Shown here piece by piece: positions 39,738 to 49,955 of a stretch of 64,000 bases of DNA. The translations under genes and the position numbers were made by a program. Location of the stretch: the NCBI GenBank assembly GCA_965205865.1, contig CBDBHR010000030.1, positions 928,001-992,000 of the forward strand, written 5' to 3'. The notes under the pieces were generated by a model that was not told the DNA's origin, made no database searches, and saw only the letters and a program-made list of their open reading frames with translations. Source of the DNA: a bacterium (lineage in GTDB: Bacteria; SAR324; NAC60-12). Each line of letters starts with the position of its first letter. Position 1 is the first letter of the stretch.

Positions 39738-40934
39738 CTATCTTGCCCTGTATTGTATTTTTTTGTTGAGCACATTCATAATGGCTGAAATCACCAAGGA
39801 AAAGAAAAGATAGACGAGAAGGACAATGATCATGGCTTCCATTTCTTTGCCTGTCTGCATGAGGGAAATTCCTCCTATGGTTGCCACAACGTCCATATAT
39901 CCGATGGCAATGGCCAGCGAGGAGTTTTTGGTGAGGTTGAGATATTGACTGGTCAGCGGCGGTATGATGATGCGTAGTGTTTGAGGAATTAAAACAAGCT
40001 GTAAAGTTCGCTTGGGAGGTAATCCCAGGGAATAAGCGGCTTCTGTTTGACCATAATTGATGGCGAGGATTCCACCCCTGACAATCTCAGCAATAAAACA
40101 ACTCGTGTAATATGACAATGCCAGCCAGAGCGCCACGAATTCGGGACGCAACACGATTCCTCCCTGGAAATTGAAACCCTTCAATGCCGGAATATTCCAT
40201 GAGAGAGGAATTCCTGAAGCAAAAAAAGTGATCCCGCTCAGACCCACCAAAACACCCAGGGATATCCGGAACACGGGATAGATTTTTCCCGTTTCGTCCT
40301 GAACTTTTTTTGCCCATCGCTTAAAAAAAACGATAAAAATAATTGCTGCAACCAAGGCAATCACCACGAACCAGATGGCAGGTTCAAAAACGGGTTTGGG
40401 GACAATGACCCCCCGATTGGTCAGAAAAAAAGAATCCAGCAGATTCATGGCCCGGCTGGGTACTGGCAAAGAATGGACGATGATGGCATGGACCAGAAGA
40501 ATATGTAAAAGGACAGGAATGTTTCGGGTGATTTCTAAAAAAACATAAACGATACGGTTGACGAGCCAATTGCTGGAAAGGCGTAGTACCCCCATAATGA
40601 AACCCAACACGGTGGCTGAAACGATGCCAAAAAAGGCAACCAGAATAGTATTGATGATGCCGATGATGGCGGCACGGAGATGAGTATCATTGGGGGCATA
40701 GGAAAGGATCGGTTGGAAGGCGATGTCGTAGCCTGCCTGGATAAAAAGAAAATTAAAATTGAATTCTTTCCCAATGGCCTTCAGGTTGATGGCAATATTC
40801 CTGAAAATCAAAGCCACCAAGCTCAGAATGACAATCAAAGTGACAATTTGGATGATGACCGCACGGGATTCCTTATTGCGCCAAAGACGTAAAATTTTGC
40901 TCTCTTCGGCATGCTGCAATTTCACTTCCGACAT
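39738..40934 (-). CDS. aapQ: General L-amino acid ABC transporter permease
   Basis: RNIP, FNFQGG..L.PEF, AEIVRGG and KNSSLA motifs. Confidence 0.88.
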   Translation of the reverse strand: MSEVKLQHAEESKILRLWRNKESRAVIIQIVTLIVILSLVALIFRNIAINLKAIGKEFNFNFLFIQAGYDIAFQPILSYAPNDTHLRAAIIGIINTILVAFFGIVSATVLGFIMGVLRLSSNWLVNRIVYVFLEITRNIPVLLHILLVHAIIVHSLPVPSRAMNLLDSFFLTNRGVIVPKPVFEPAIWFVVIALVAAIIFIVFFKRWAKKVQDETGKIYPVFRISLGVLVGLSGITFFASGIPLSWNIPALKGFNFQGGIVLRPEFVALWLALSYYTSCFIAEIVRGGILAINYGQTEAAYSLGLPPKRTLQLVLIPQTLRIIIPPLTSQYLNLTKNSSLAIAIGYMDVVATIGGISLMQTGKEMEAMIIVLLVYLFFSLVISAIMNVLNKKIQYRAR

Positions 40935-41165
40935 TGGAACCTCACCATCAATAAGATTCGTAGGGATTCTTTGAGTTAGAAAATATGTTTTTGAGCCCCC
41001 GATACTTTGAGGTTCAACCTGTCATTCCCGGCAAAGCGGAACAGCGAATGTTTCATTTCGTCAAGAGTTGCCCTTTCCCTGATACCCGGCATGGCATGCG
41101 CAGGCGCCGGCAACGACGGTTCGTTGCTCAAGCGCCCGCGCATTCAAAACTGCAATTGGAGAGTT

Positions 41166-42182
41166 TTAGCGGAAGGGCGGTGAATATTGCAGTCCCCCAT
41201 TTGTCCAAAGCGCATTGATACCGCGCTCCAGGCCGATCATGGTATTGGTTCCGAGATTACGCTCGAAGATTTCTCCATAATTGCCAACGGATTTGATGAT
41301 ATTATATGCCCAGTCCGCACTCAGTCCGAGTTCCTGACCCTGGCTGCCCTCCGTGCCAAGCAAGCGCTTGATTTCAGGATCTGTGGCATTTTTCATCTCA
41401 TCGACATTGGCTGATGTCACCCCTTTTTCTTCTGCGGTGACAACGGCATTATATACCCATCGCACGATGTCAGCCCATTGATCGTCCCCTTGGCGCACCG
41501 CGGGACCCAGTGGCTCTTTGGAAATGATTTCCGGCAGAATGGCATGATTTTCCGGATCCGTGAAGGTCGAACGAGTTGCTGCCAGACCTGAAGCATCGGT
41601 TGTGTATATGTCACAACGACCAGCCAGATAGTTGACCCGGGCCTCTTCATTGCTTTCGATGGTTACGGCTTCGTACTGCATGTTGTTAGCGCGGAAATAG
41701 TCCGCCAGGTTCAACTCGGTCGTTGTCCCTGTTTGGATGCAGATCGATGCGCCGTCGAGTTCGGAGGCACTCATGACGCCGAGACTCTTGTTCACCATGA
41801 AGCCTTGTCCGTCATAATAGTTGACACCCACGAACGTCAGCTTGACGTTCACGTCCCGGGAAAATGTGATGGTGGTATTCCGCCAGAGAACATCTCCTTC
41901 GTCGGCGTTCAATTTGGTGAAACGGGTTTTTCCGGTGGCAGTGACAAACTTGACTTTATTGGCATCGCCAAACACTGCGGCTGCCACGGCACGGCAGAAA
42001 TCGACATCGAAGCCTTTCCAATTGCCGTCCGCATCCGTATAAGCAAAACCAGCTAGCCCGACATTGATAATGCAACGCAATTCGCCTCTACTTTGAATCT
42101 CTTCGAGCGTGGCAGCGGACACACTGACTACAAAAGCGCTACAAGCTATGAACGCCATTACTAATTTTACAATTACTTTCAT
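41166..42182 (-). CDS. aapJ: General L-amino acid ABC transporter substrate-binding protein
   Basis: GFDVDFCRAVAAA, RNTT, ISKEPLGP, VGNYGEIFERN and YSPPFR motifs. Confidence 0.9.
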   Translation of the reverse strand: MKVIVKLVMAFIACSAFVVSVSAATLEEIQSRGELRCIINVGLAGFAYTDADGNWKGFDVDFCRAVAAAVFGDANKVKFVTATGKTRFTKLNADEGDVLWRNTTITFSRDVNVKLTFVGVNYYDGQGFMVNKSLGVMSASELDGASICIQTGTTTELNLADYFRANNMQYEAVTIESNEEARVNYLAGRCDIYTTDASGLAATRSTFTDPENHAILPEIISKEPLGPAVRQGDDQWADIVRWVYNAVVTAEEKGVTSANVDEMKNATDPEIKRLLGTEGSQGQELGLSADWAYNIIKSVGNYGEIFERNLGTNTMIGLERGINALWTNGGLQYSPPFR

Positions 42183-42357
42183 AATACTTCTCCTTAGAGA
42201 ATGGAAAAAATTGTCCAATGACCATTGGACATGACAAACATGACGAATATTAATAATAAAAAAAACTCTTAAAGTAAAGCAAAAATTATTTTTTTTATTC
42301 TTGAATGAATAACTGATGTTAGGTGCACGATTTTTGCAGTTATGCGTCTCATCGAGT

Positions 42358-42747
42358 TGTCATTCCTGGCGAAGACCAGGAATCCACTTTGCTAGCGATC
42401 CAGGGTGACTAAAACGTTTCATATAAATCTATCCATTGAGGATTACATATACACTAGAATACTCATATTATTGAAGATTTATGTCGAACTCGGGTTTCTT
42501 AAGTTGTTTTTCTCTCCGGAGAGCGGCTGTTACCTCTGAAGTGGTCTCATAGTATACCAATTGATGTACTTGGTATTTACTGGTAATTCCTTCTATGAGA
42601 TTGTTTTTATGTTCATAAACTCTTTTCTTAGAAGATCATTGGTCACTCCAATATATAAAGTGCCATTTCTTTTACTTGCTAAGATATAAACGTAGTAGGT
42701 TTTCATGATGGCGACTCCTGGATTCCTGATCTTCGCCAGGAATGACA
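42358..42747. repeat. Inverted REP-type hairpins flanking the GIY-YIG gene
   Basis: TGTCATTCCTGGCGAAGACCAGGAATCCA (42358-42386) and TGGATTCCTGATCTTCGCCAGGAATGACA (42719-42747). Confidence 0.85.
42409..42706 (-). pseudogene. Small GIY-YIG nuclease, disrupted (absent from the ORF track)
   Basis: MKTYYVYILASKRNGTLYIGVTNDLLR, frameshift, VYEHKNNLIEGITSKYQVHQLVYYE..REKQLKK, foreign segment, NPQWIDLYETF*. Confidence 0.85.
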
Positions 42748-42973
42748 CACTTGTGGGGAAGCGTATTCATGGAAACCGCTGAATGCAAAAAATATACAGG
42801 TAACATGACTGAATAAAACAGAATTGCAATTTTAAAGATTGATCTATATTCTGTTTTCCTTTCAGGTGTCAGGCAGGATTTTGAATTGCGCCTGAAAATC
42901 CGAGAGAAAAATTAAGTGATCCACGGAAGTGGATTATCCACAATATATATTGGTATATCTGGGAAGTGAGATT

Positions 42974-44140
42974 ATGATTGTTGCGATTCCGAAAGAAATT
43001 ATTCCGGGTGAAACCCGAGTTGCCATCATTCCGGCTACGGTTTCCCTATTAAAAAAGGCTGAACTGGAAGTGATGATCGAGCAAGAGGCCGGCACGAATT
43101 CCTTCCATTCGGACGATGAGTATGCGGAGGCGGGGGCGGTTATTGAAAAAGATACTGAAACGCTTTTTAAGAAAGCGGATTTGATTTTGAAGGTCCGTCC
43201 TCTCAGTGAAAACAAGCGATTGCGGAAACATGAAGCCGATTTGATAGGCGAGGGAAAGGCTCTGATTTGTTTAATGGACGCCTATTTTAATCCGGATGTT
43301 ATCGAAAAACTTGTAACGCGCAAAATCACCAGTTTTGCGATGGAGTTCATGCCGAGGGTGACTCGCGCTCAGAGCATGGACGCCTTGAGTTCGATGGCGG
43401 CCATTTCCGGTTACCGCGCCGTGGTCATGGCAGCCGCTGAGCTCCCCAAATATTTTCCCATGCTGATGACCGCCGCTGGAACGATTCCTCCGGCGAAAGT
43501 ATTTGTCATCGGCGCAGGAGTGGCCGGATTGATGGCAATTGCGACCGCCAAAAAACTGGGGGCGGTGGTGGAAGCTTATGACACTCGCACGGCTGTCAGG
43601 GAACAAGTGGAGAGTGTGGGTGCCAAATTTGTGGAGTTGGATTTGCAAGCTGGGAATGCCGAGGGTGCCGGAGGCTATGCTAAAGCGCAATCGGAAGATT
43701 TTTATCAAAGGCAGCAGGAGCAGATGGCCAAACACATCAAAGCCGCCGATATCGTGATCACCACCGCAGCGATTCCTGGAAAGCAATCCCCTTTGCTGGT
43801 GACCGAAGACATGGTTCAACAAATGCAACCGGGTTCTGTGATTGTGGATCTTGCCGCAGAACGTGGTGGCAATGTCGAAGGGACGTTGAAGGATGAAAAA
43901 GTTATCAAACACGGTGTCAAGATCATCGGATATTTTGATCACCCAGCCCGGATTTCCAAGCATGCTTCCCAATTGTATGCAAAAAATATCAGCACATTCC
44001 TGCTCAGTATGATCAAGGATGGAACACTGGAAATCAATCAGGAGGATGAACTGGTTGCAGGTACAATGGTCACGTATCGAGGAAATATCGTGCATAATGG
44101 CGTTCATTCAACCATAACAAAAGCATCAGAAGGAGAATAA
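42974..44140 (+). CDS. pntA: NAD(P) transhydrogenase alpha subunit part 1
   Basis: PKEIIPGETRVA, RAQSMDALSS, GAGVAGL and DLAAERGGN motifs. Confidence 0.93.
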   Translation: MIVAIPKEIIPGETRVAIIPATVSLLKKAELEVMIEQEAGTNSFHSDDEYAEAGAVIEKDTETLFKKADLILKVRPLSENKRLRKHEADLIGEGKALICLMDAYFNPDVIEKLVTRKITSFAMEFMPRVTRAQSMDALSSMAAISGYRAVVMAAAELPKYFPMLMTAAGTIPPAKVFVIGAGVAGLMAIATAKKLGAVVEAYDTRTAVREQVESVGAKFVELDLQAGNAEGAGGYAKAQSEDFYQRQQEQMAKHIKAADIVITTAAIPGKQSPLLVTEDMVQQMQPGSVIVDLAAERGGNVEGTLKDEKVIKHGVKIIGYFDHPARISKHASQLYAKNISTFLLSMIKDGTLEINQEDELVAGTMVTYRGNIVHNGVHSTITKASEGE

Positions 44141-44141
44141 C

Positions 44142-44426
44142 GTGGAAATATTTATTATTTCGTTCACTATTTTTGCTTTAGCAATTTTCGTGGGTTATGA
44201 AATCATCACCAAGGTCCCTCCCACCTTACACACGCCTTTGATGAGCGGATCAAACGCGATTTCCGGTATCACCATCATCGGGGCGATCTTGAGCGCGGGT
44301 GGTGGTGAAAACACAACTGGGCTCTCTACGATTTTAGGAATAATCGCGATTATATTAGCAATGATCAATATTGTCGGCGGCTTCATGGTGACAGACAGGA
44401 TGCTGCGTATGTTCAAGAAGAAATAA
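44142..44426 (+). CDS. NAD(P) transhydrogenase alpha subunit part 2
   Basis: LHTPLMSGSNAISG and NIVGGFMVTDRML motifs. Confidence 0.93.
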   Translation: MEIFIISFTIFALAIFVGYEIITKVPPTLHTPLMSGSNAISGITIIGAILSAGGGENTTGLSTILGIIAIILAMINIVGGFMVTDRMLRMFKKK

Positions 44427-44440
44427 GACGAAAGGACGTC

Positions 44441-45844
44441 ATGGCACATCTTATTAATTTTTCCTATCTGCTCGCCGCAGTTTTATTTATCCTCGGATTG
44501 AAAAATCTCAGTTCTCCCCGCACCGCCCCTCGTGGCAATTTGTTGGGGGCGATTGGGATGTTGATTGCTTTGATCGTCACGCTTTTGGACCGGGGCGTAG
44601 TCAGTTATCTCTGGATTTTCATCGCCATCCTGATTGGCTCCGCAATCGGCGCCTATCTTGCTCGCGTGGTGGAAATGACTGCCATGCCACAAATGGTGGC
44701 GATTTTTAATGGCTTCGGAGGGGGCGCTTCTCTCTTAGTTGCCTCATCAGCCTACCTGGAAGCAGCTCAAATTGCGCAAAGTGGAGGGAACGCGCATGGA
44801 TTGCAATGGAACATTGCCCTCATTTTGAGTTCCTTGATAGGAGCAGTGACCCTGACCGGGAGCTTCATCGCATTCGGCAAGCTTCAGGGAATAGTCTATG
44901 AACAGGCGGTTGCCATTCCTAAGATCTTTATGAAAGGAATGGCGATTTTACTGGTTGTGTGCGCCATTTTCGTATCGACCAATCCCTTTGAGATGCAATG
45001 GATCTTTTTACTGGTTATTCTCGGATCTTTGATATTAGGCGTCTTGCTGGTGTTGCCGATTGGAGGGGCGGACATGCCGGTGGTGATTTCGTTGTTGAAT
45101 TCTTATTCCGGTTTGGCGGCTGCGGCAACCGGATTTGTGCTGAGTAACAATGGATTGATCATTGGCGGTTCCCTGGTGGGAGCGTCCGGTTTGATTTTGA
45201 CAAATATCATGTGCAAGGCTATGAATCGTTCCTTGGTCAACGTCTTGTTCGGCGGCGCAATCGTCAATGAGGGTGAAAAAGCAGCAATTCCGGGCAAAGA
45301 ATTTTATGATGGTAAAGTCAAACAAGCAGATCCTGAAGAAGTGGCCATGATGCTCGAATCCGTTCAAAGTGTGATTTTCGTACCAGGATACGGTTTGGCT
45401 GTGGCCCAGGCGCAACATGCCACCAAAGAACTGGGAGACCTGCTTCAGAAACGCCAAATCAAAGTCACTTATGCAATCCATCCGGTTGCCGGACGGATGC
45501 CTGGCCACATGAATGTCTTACTTGCAGAAGCCGAAGTTCCCTACGATTCGATGTTGGAGATGGATCGCATCAACCCGGATTTTGCCCGTACCGACGTGGT
45601 GATTATTCTTGGCGCAAATGACGTCGTCAACCCGGCAGCCCGCGATGAAGCAAACAGTCCTATTTATGGCATGCCGATTTTAGAAGTCGACCAGGCAAGA
45701 ACCGTATTCATCGTCAAGCGTAGTTTGAGTCCTGGTTTTGCCGGCATCCCCAATCAGCTGTTCATCAACGACAATTCGCTGATGGTTTTTGGCGATGCCA
45801 AAGACGTACTCCGGAATATGATTCAGGCTGTCAAAGAACTGTAA
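44441..45844 (+). CDS. pntB: NAD(P) transhydrogenase beta subunit
   Basis: IGGADMPVVISLLNSYSG, HPVAGRMPGHMNV and GANDVVNP motifs. Confidence 0.95.
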   Translation: MAHLINFSYLLAAVLFILGLKNLSSPRTAPRGNLLGAIGMLIALIVTLLDRGVVSYLWIFIAILIGSAIGAYLARVVEMTAMPQMVAIFNGFGGGASLLVASSAYLEAAQIAQSGGNAHGLQWNIALILSSLIGAVTLTGSFIAFGKLQGIVYEQAVAIPKIFMKGMAILLVVCAIFVSTNPFEMQWIFLLVILGSLILGVLLVLPIGGADMPVVISLLNSYSGLAAAATGFVLSNNGLIIGGSLVGASGLILTNIMCKAMNRSLVNVLFGGAIVNEGEKAAIPGKEFYDGKVKQADPEEVAMMLESVQSVIFVPGYGLAVAQAQHATKELGDLLQKRQIKVTYAIHPVAGRMPGHMNVLLAEAEVPYDSMLEMDRINPDFARTDVVIILGANDVVNPAARDEANSPIYGMPILEVDQARTVFIVKRSLSPGFAGIPNQLFINDNSLMVFGDAKDVLRNMIQAVKEL

Positions 45845-45863
45845 AAAGGAGCCCCCAATCGAC

Positions 45864-46013
45864 GTCAGCATCATCTTTTTTACCATTCGCCTCATCACGG
45901 GGATGTTGACGTCGGGATTCACCATGCGTTTCACCCGCAGCATGATCCTGGAGGTGTTGCGGCAGGACTGCGTGCGCATCACCTGGACCAAGGGCCTCCG
46001 CGAACGGGTGGTG
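45864..46013 (+). pseudogene. Internally deleted dppB-like relic
   Basis: SIIFFTIRLITGDVDV joined to TMRFTRSMILEVLRQDCVRITWTKGLRERVV, matching the dppB N-terminus and EAA loop. Confidence 0.65.
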
Positions 46014-46023
46014 ACAGAGTTGA

Positions 46024-46986
46024 TTATAGCTCTCTCATGAACTGGAAGACGGCATCATCTCTCCCTGGCAGGGTTTCATGCCCAAAGTCCGGGTAGAGGG
46101 CAAGCTGCTTGTCAGCCTGTATCTTGTTGTAGGCGGCAAATTGGCTCGATGGCGGACAAACGGTATCCATCAAGCCCACAGCCATGAAGACTTTAGCCTT
46201 GATTCGGTGGGCAAGATGCTGAACATCAATGTGGCCTAGCTTGGAAAATACTTGCTCTTCCTGCTCGTGCAGAGGATCGAATAGTCTGAAATACTGTTGA
46301 AGCTCAAAATATGCGTCTTTGGCAAGATCTATTTCCCAGACACGTTTATAGTCACACAAGAACGGGTAGTCTGGGGCGGCCAGTTTGATTCCGGGTTCCA
46401 ATGCGGCGCAAGCGAGCGTCAGTCCCCCACCTTGGCTGGCACCCATGGCACCGACACGCGAAGCGTCAACCTTGGGTAATTCCATTACGATTGAGGCTAA
46501 CTGAGCCGCATCCAGGAAAATCTGTCGAAATAACAGATGCTCAGCCGGACCTTCGAGTCCCCGAATAATATGACCACGCAAGGTATTGCCTTCCACTCCT
46601 CCCTTGTCCTCGGAAAGTCCCCCTTGTCCCCTGCAATCAAATGCTGCCACGGTATAACCCATAGCAACGTATTGAAGTTTCTGGCTCCAGGATCCACTGT
46701 GCCCACCATACCCATGAAACATGACAATTGCCGGATGTGAACTGCCTTCTTCTTTGGGCCTCAATAGTTTTGCATGTAAACGAGCTCCTCCCACTCCAGT
46801 AAAGTATATGTCCTCACAAATACAAAATGGACATTCAAAAGGAGCAGTCACGAATTCAAGCTCCGGGTCCACGGCTCTCATTTCCTTTAATGCCGCATCC
46901 CAATAATCGTCAAATTCCACAGGGCGTGGATTGATCCCTCTATATGTTTTTAGTGATTCAATTGGTAAATCAAATGACAGAGGCAT
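46024..46986 (-). CDS. Acetylxylan esterase / cephalosporin-C deacetylase (CE7)
   Basis: FHGYGG, RGQG, GASQGG, DTVCPPS and GHE motifs. Confidence 0.9.
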   Translation of the reverse strand: MPLSFDLPIESLKTYRGINPRPVEFDDYWDAALKEMRAVDPELEFVTAPFECPFCICEDIYFTGVGGARLHAKLLRPKEEGSSHPAIVMFHGYGGHSGSWSQKLQYVAMGYTVAAFDCRGQGGLSEDKGGVEGNTLRGHIIRGLEGPAEHLLFRQIFLDAAQLASIVMELPKVDASRVGAMGASQGGGLTLACAALEPGIKLAAPDYPFLCDYKRVWEIDLAKDAYFELQQYFRLFDPLHEQEEQVFSKLGHIDVQHLAHRIKAKVFMAVGLMDTVCPPSSQFAAYNKIQADKQLALYPDFGHETLPGRDDAVFQFMREL

Positions 46987-47149
46987 AAGGTAGTCCTATA
47001 TTTCTGGGGCTCATTGCTGAATTGCTGAATTGATGAAGATTTATCATAAGTGGGAAAATAACAAAGCTTTTTTTTCCAGACTTCGCGCATTTAACCAAAC
47101 AACTTCTGACTGTCCCCGGATTTGAGCAGATTTATTGATTTTTTATTTT

Positions 47150-47401
47150 TTTTTTGCGAATCCCGCATTTGTTTTACATTAGGGGCTAGACATTGTGTAG
47201 TAGTGTTAAAATCATGCCTTTACTAAGTTGTTTTAGTGAAGGAGAGGGTTCCCGCTCGATCGATTGAACAAAATCTTGGGAGGGTTCCCGCCCGTTCGAT
47301 TCAAAATAGGTGCGGGAGGAAGTGAAGTGATGGATCCTCCTCGGGAATCTTTTTTCACCGATATTGAACTAAACGGGTTTTTCAGAGACCTGAATAGTTA
47401 C
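47150..47401 (-). repeat. IS66-end-derived module
   Basis: Reverse-complement similarity to 7130-7344 and 9858-9986; ends GACCTGAATAGTTAC. Confidence 0.8.
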
Positions 47402-47809
47402 CTTTAATTTTTTTAAGAAAAATGTTTGACTTTCCATTTTTATCTCTGTATTTTTGCATCTGAAAATAGCTTTTAGCCGTCTGCTGTCAGCTATCAGTTT
47501 TTGAATCATATTGATATACAGGTTATTTTTGTAAGTGAAAACCCTACGCGGGCCGCTGTAGCTGAGAACAGATAGCCTTAAATGCTTGACAACCATTTGC
47601 AGAGCGATTATACAATATTTTATTCCAAGGACGAAAAGGCAATGAGTCGCCGTATTAAAAAAAAGATTGAGAAACATTTGCAAGGCATGTAAACATTTTA
47701 TTTCCAAGGACAAAAGGGCAATAATGCGATCCTTCGTATTGCTCAGGTTGACATGAAAGTCTGAAATTAACCCGTTTCAAGTATAAATAAAGATATTGCC
47801 AATAAGGTA

Positions 47810-47956
47810 TACTCTAAACGGGTTTAAATTTCACTTTTCAAAAGAACTGTCATTCCGAGCTAAGAGGGCTGCCTAAGCAAGAATCTCATGGGAATCAAGA
47901 AGATTCTTCGGTTCCCTCAGGATGACAAATAATGAAGAAATCATCCGTTCACAGTA
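47810..47956. mobile_element. About 147-bp MITE with TA duplication, copy 2
   Basis: Highly similar to 7352-7499; TA on both sides. Confidence 0.8.
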
Positions 47957-48259
47957 TAGCTAGACCCTAGCCGAAAAGGGTTTCGAAAATAGTAAATGTA
48001 ACCAATTTGATTCTATTGGATTCTCTATTTGATTCAATATGACGAGAAAACGATTTATTTTTGTTTTTTATTCGCCCACGGCACAGTTTTTATAGGGAAA
48101 AATCTTTTTTGGACATACTTTCCTCGCCCCTGCTCATATTTCACACTCCCCCATTGAATATTCAGGCCGCTTGTTTGAGTTGTCTTTTTTTCAACTCAAT
48201 CATTTTGCAAAAATTATGCCAGGCCGCGGATCATCATTGAGACCTGTTATTCCTTTTTA

Positions 48260-49955
48260 CCTAAATCCTGCAATTAGATGACAATCAAACATGGAAATGG
48301 TAATATACTCAAATAGTTAACACCAGAATCAACATTTTAAGAGATCACCATTACCATGAAAAACAAACGTAGCGCAAGATCGGCAAGAACGACAGCAAAA
48401 AACATCCATATCAGCCAGGGAGGCAGAGACCTGACCGCGCAAGCAGGCTTGATTCCGGTTGTCAAATTTTTTCACAAAGAAGGGATTGTTTCAAAGACAG
48501 AGCAGACCGTAGATCATCGGCGTGGCGCCACGGGTCTTTATGACGCGGTGGACATGGTCATTTTGTCGGTGGTCGGCATTGTTGGTGGCGCCCGTTCGAT
48601 TCGTTCGATTGTGACAGTTTGGAACGACCGTGTTTTGAGTCGTGTGGCCGGTTGGCTGAGGATTCCGGATGAAACCACATTCGGCCGGATACTGCGTACT
48701 TTCACACAGAAAAACATCAATGAGATGGAGAGCTTGAACCATCGGATTCGAGCCGGTATCTGGCGTAAGGCGCTTCGAAGTGGGACAAGCATCGTTGGGG
48801 TGTTACACTGTCTTGTGATTGACGTGGACTCCACTGTGAAAACGGCCTACGGCAAGCAGCAAGGAGTGTCTGTCGGATATAATCCCCACAAACGCGGTGC
48901 AGCTTCGTATCATCCTCTGCTGGCATTTTGCACAGAGACAAAGGAGATTCTTCAGGGTTGGCTTCGTGATGGGAGTGCCTATACCAGCAATGGAGTCGTT
49001 GAATTCATGCGGCAACTTCTCGCTCACCTTCCAAATCGGACTCGCACTCTGTTTCGTGGAGACAGTGGTTTTTTTGTGGGGGATTTGCTGGATTTCCTCG
49101 AAGAACGAGGCCATGGCTATCTGATCAAGGTCAAACTCAAGGGGCTTGTCTCGTTGTTGGAAACCCAAAAATGGCAAAAAGTGAAGGGGCAGCCCGCTTG
49201 GGAAGGGTGTGAGTTTTCCCACCAATGTGAAACTTGGAGGAGGTCAAGAAAATTCATGGCCGTACGCAGGGAGAAAGAGGAGGAACTCAAAGGGATGGCC
49301 ACCCTCTTTGAGATGAAGGAGTACGATTATTTTTGTTATGTTCTCACTGACGCGCTCACTCCCTGGCAGGCTCACAAAGAGTATGGCCAAAGGGCGGTCG
49401 CTGAGACATGGATTGAGGAAGCAAAAAATCAAACTGCGCTGGCTCAGATTAAAACCGACGATTTTTGGGCCAACAGTGCCTTGTTCCAATGCGCGATACT
49501 CGCTTACAACACGCTGCGCTGGATGGCCCTTTGTAGTGGTAACGCAATACTGCGCCGTTGGGAACCGGCCACCATGCGCACCTATCTTGTCCGAATGGCA
49601 GGAAAATGGACGAGTGGCGCTCGTCAACAAAAACTGAGAGTTCCGGAAAGAACACTTTACAATGCTCAATGGGATGCATGGGTCGCTGTTGGAGAGACCT
49701 AGAACCTTTGTTTCACTCCAGTGGATACATTTTGCTGAGATGTAGATTCCCAAATCCAGGGAGAAGTACGTCTTGAATCTTGTGCCCGCGAAAGCGGGTA
49801 TCAGATCATCACAAAATATGACGATCTAATGGAGGGCGGAAAAACCTTTATGAGCAAGGACTGATGGAAATTCAACTCTCAAATCCTTTTTTTTAAAAAA
49901 ACCTCTCAAAGAGTGGGGGGAAACTCAATCAAAATATTCAATTGCAGGATTTAGG
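48260..49955 (+). mobile_element. IS1380 family element
   Basis: TIRs CCTAAATCCTGCAATT / AATTGCAGGATTTAGG. Confidence 0.9.
48356..49702 (+). CDS. IS1380 family transposase
   Basis: IDVDST, YHPL, RGDSGF, R..AETWIEEAK and LAYN motifs. Confidence 0.92.
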   Translation: MKNKRSARSARTTAKNIHISQGGRDLTAQAGLIPVVKFFHKEGIVSKTEQTVDHRRGATGLYDAVDMVILSVVGIVGGARSIRSIVTVWNDRVLSRVAGWLRIPDETTFGRILRTFTQKNINEMESLNHRIRAGIWRKALRSGTSIVGVLHCLVIDVDSTVKTAYGKQQGVSVGYNPHKRGAASYHPLLAFCTETKEILQGWLRDGSAYTSNGVVEFMRQLLAHLPNRTRTLFRGDSGFFVGDLLDFLEERGHGYLIKVKLKGLVSLLETQKWQKVKGQPAWEGCEFSHQCETWRRSRKFMAVRREKEEELKGMATLFEMKEYDYFCYVLTDALTPWQAHKEYGQRAVAETWIEEAKNQTALAQIKTDDFWANSALFQCAILAYNTLRWMALCSGNAILRRWEPATMRTYLVRMAGKWTSGARQQKLRVPERTLYNAQWDAWVAVGET

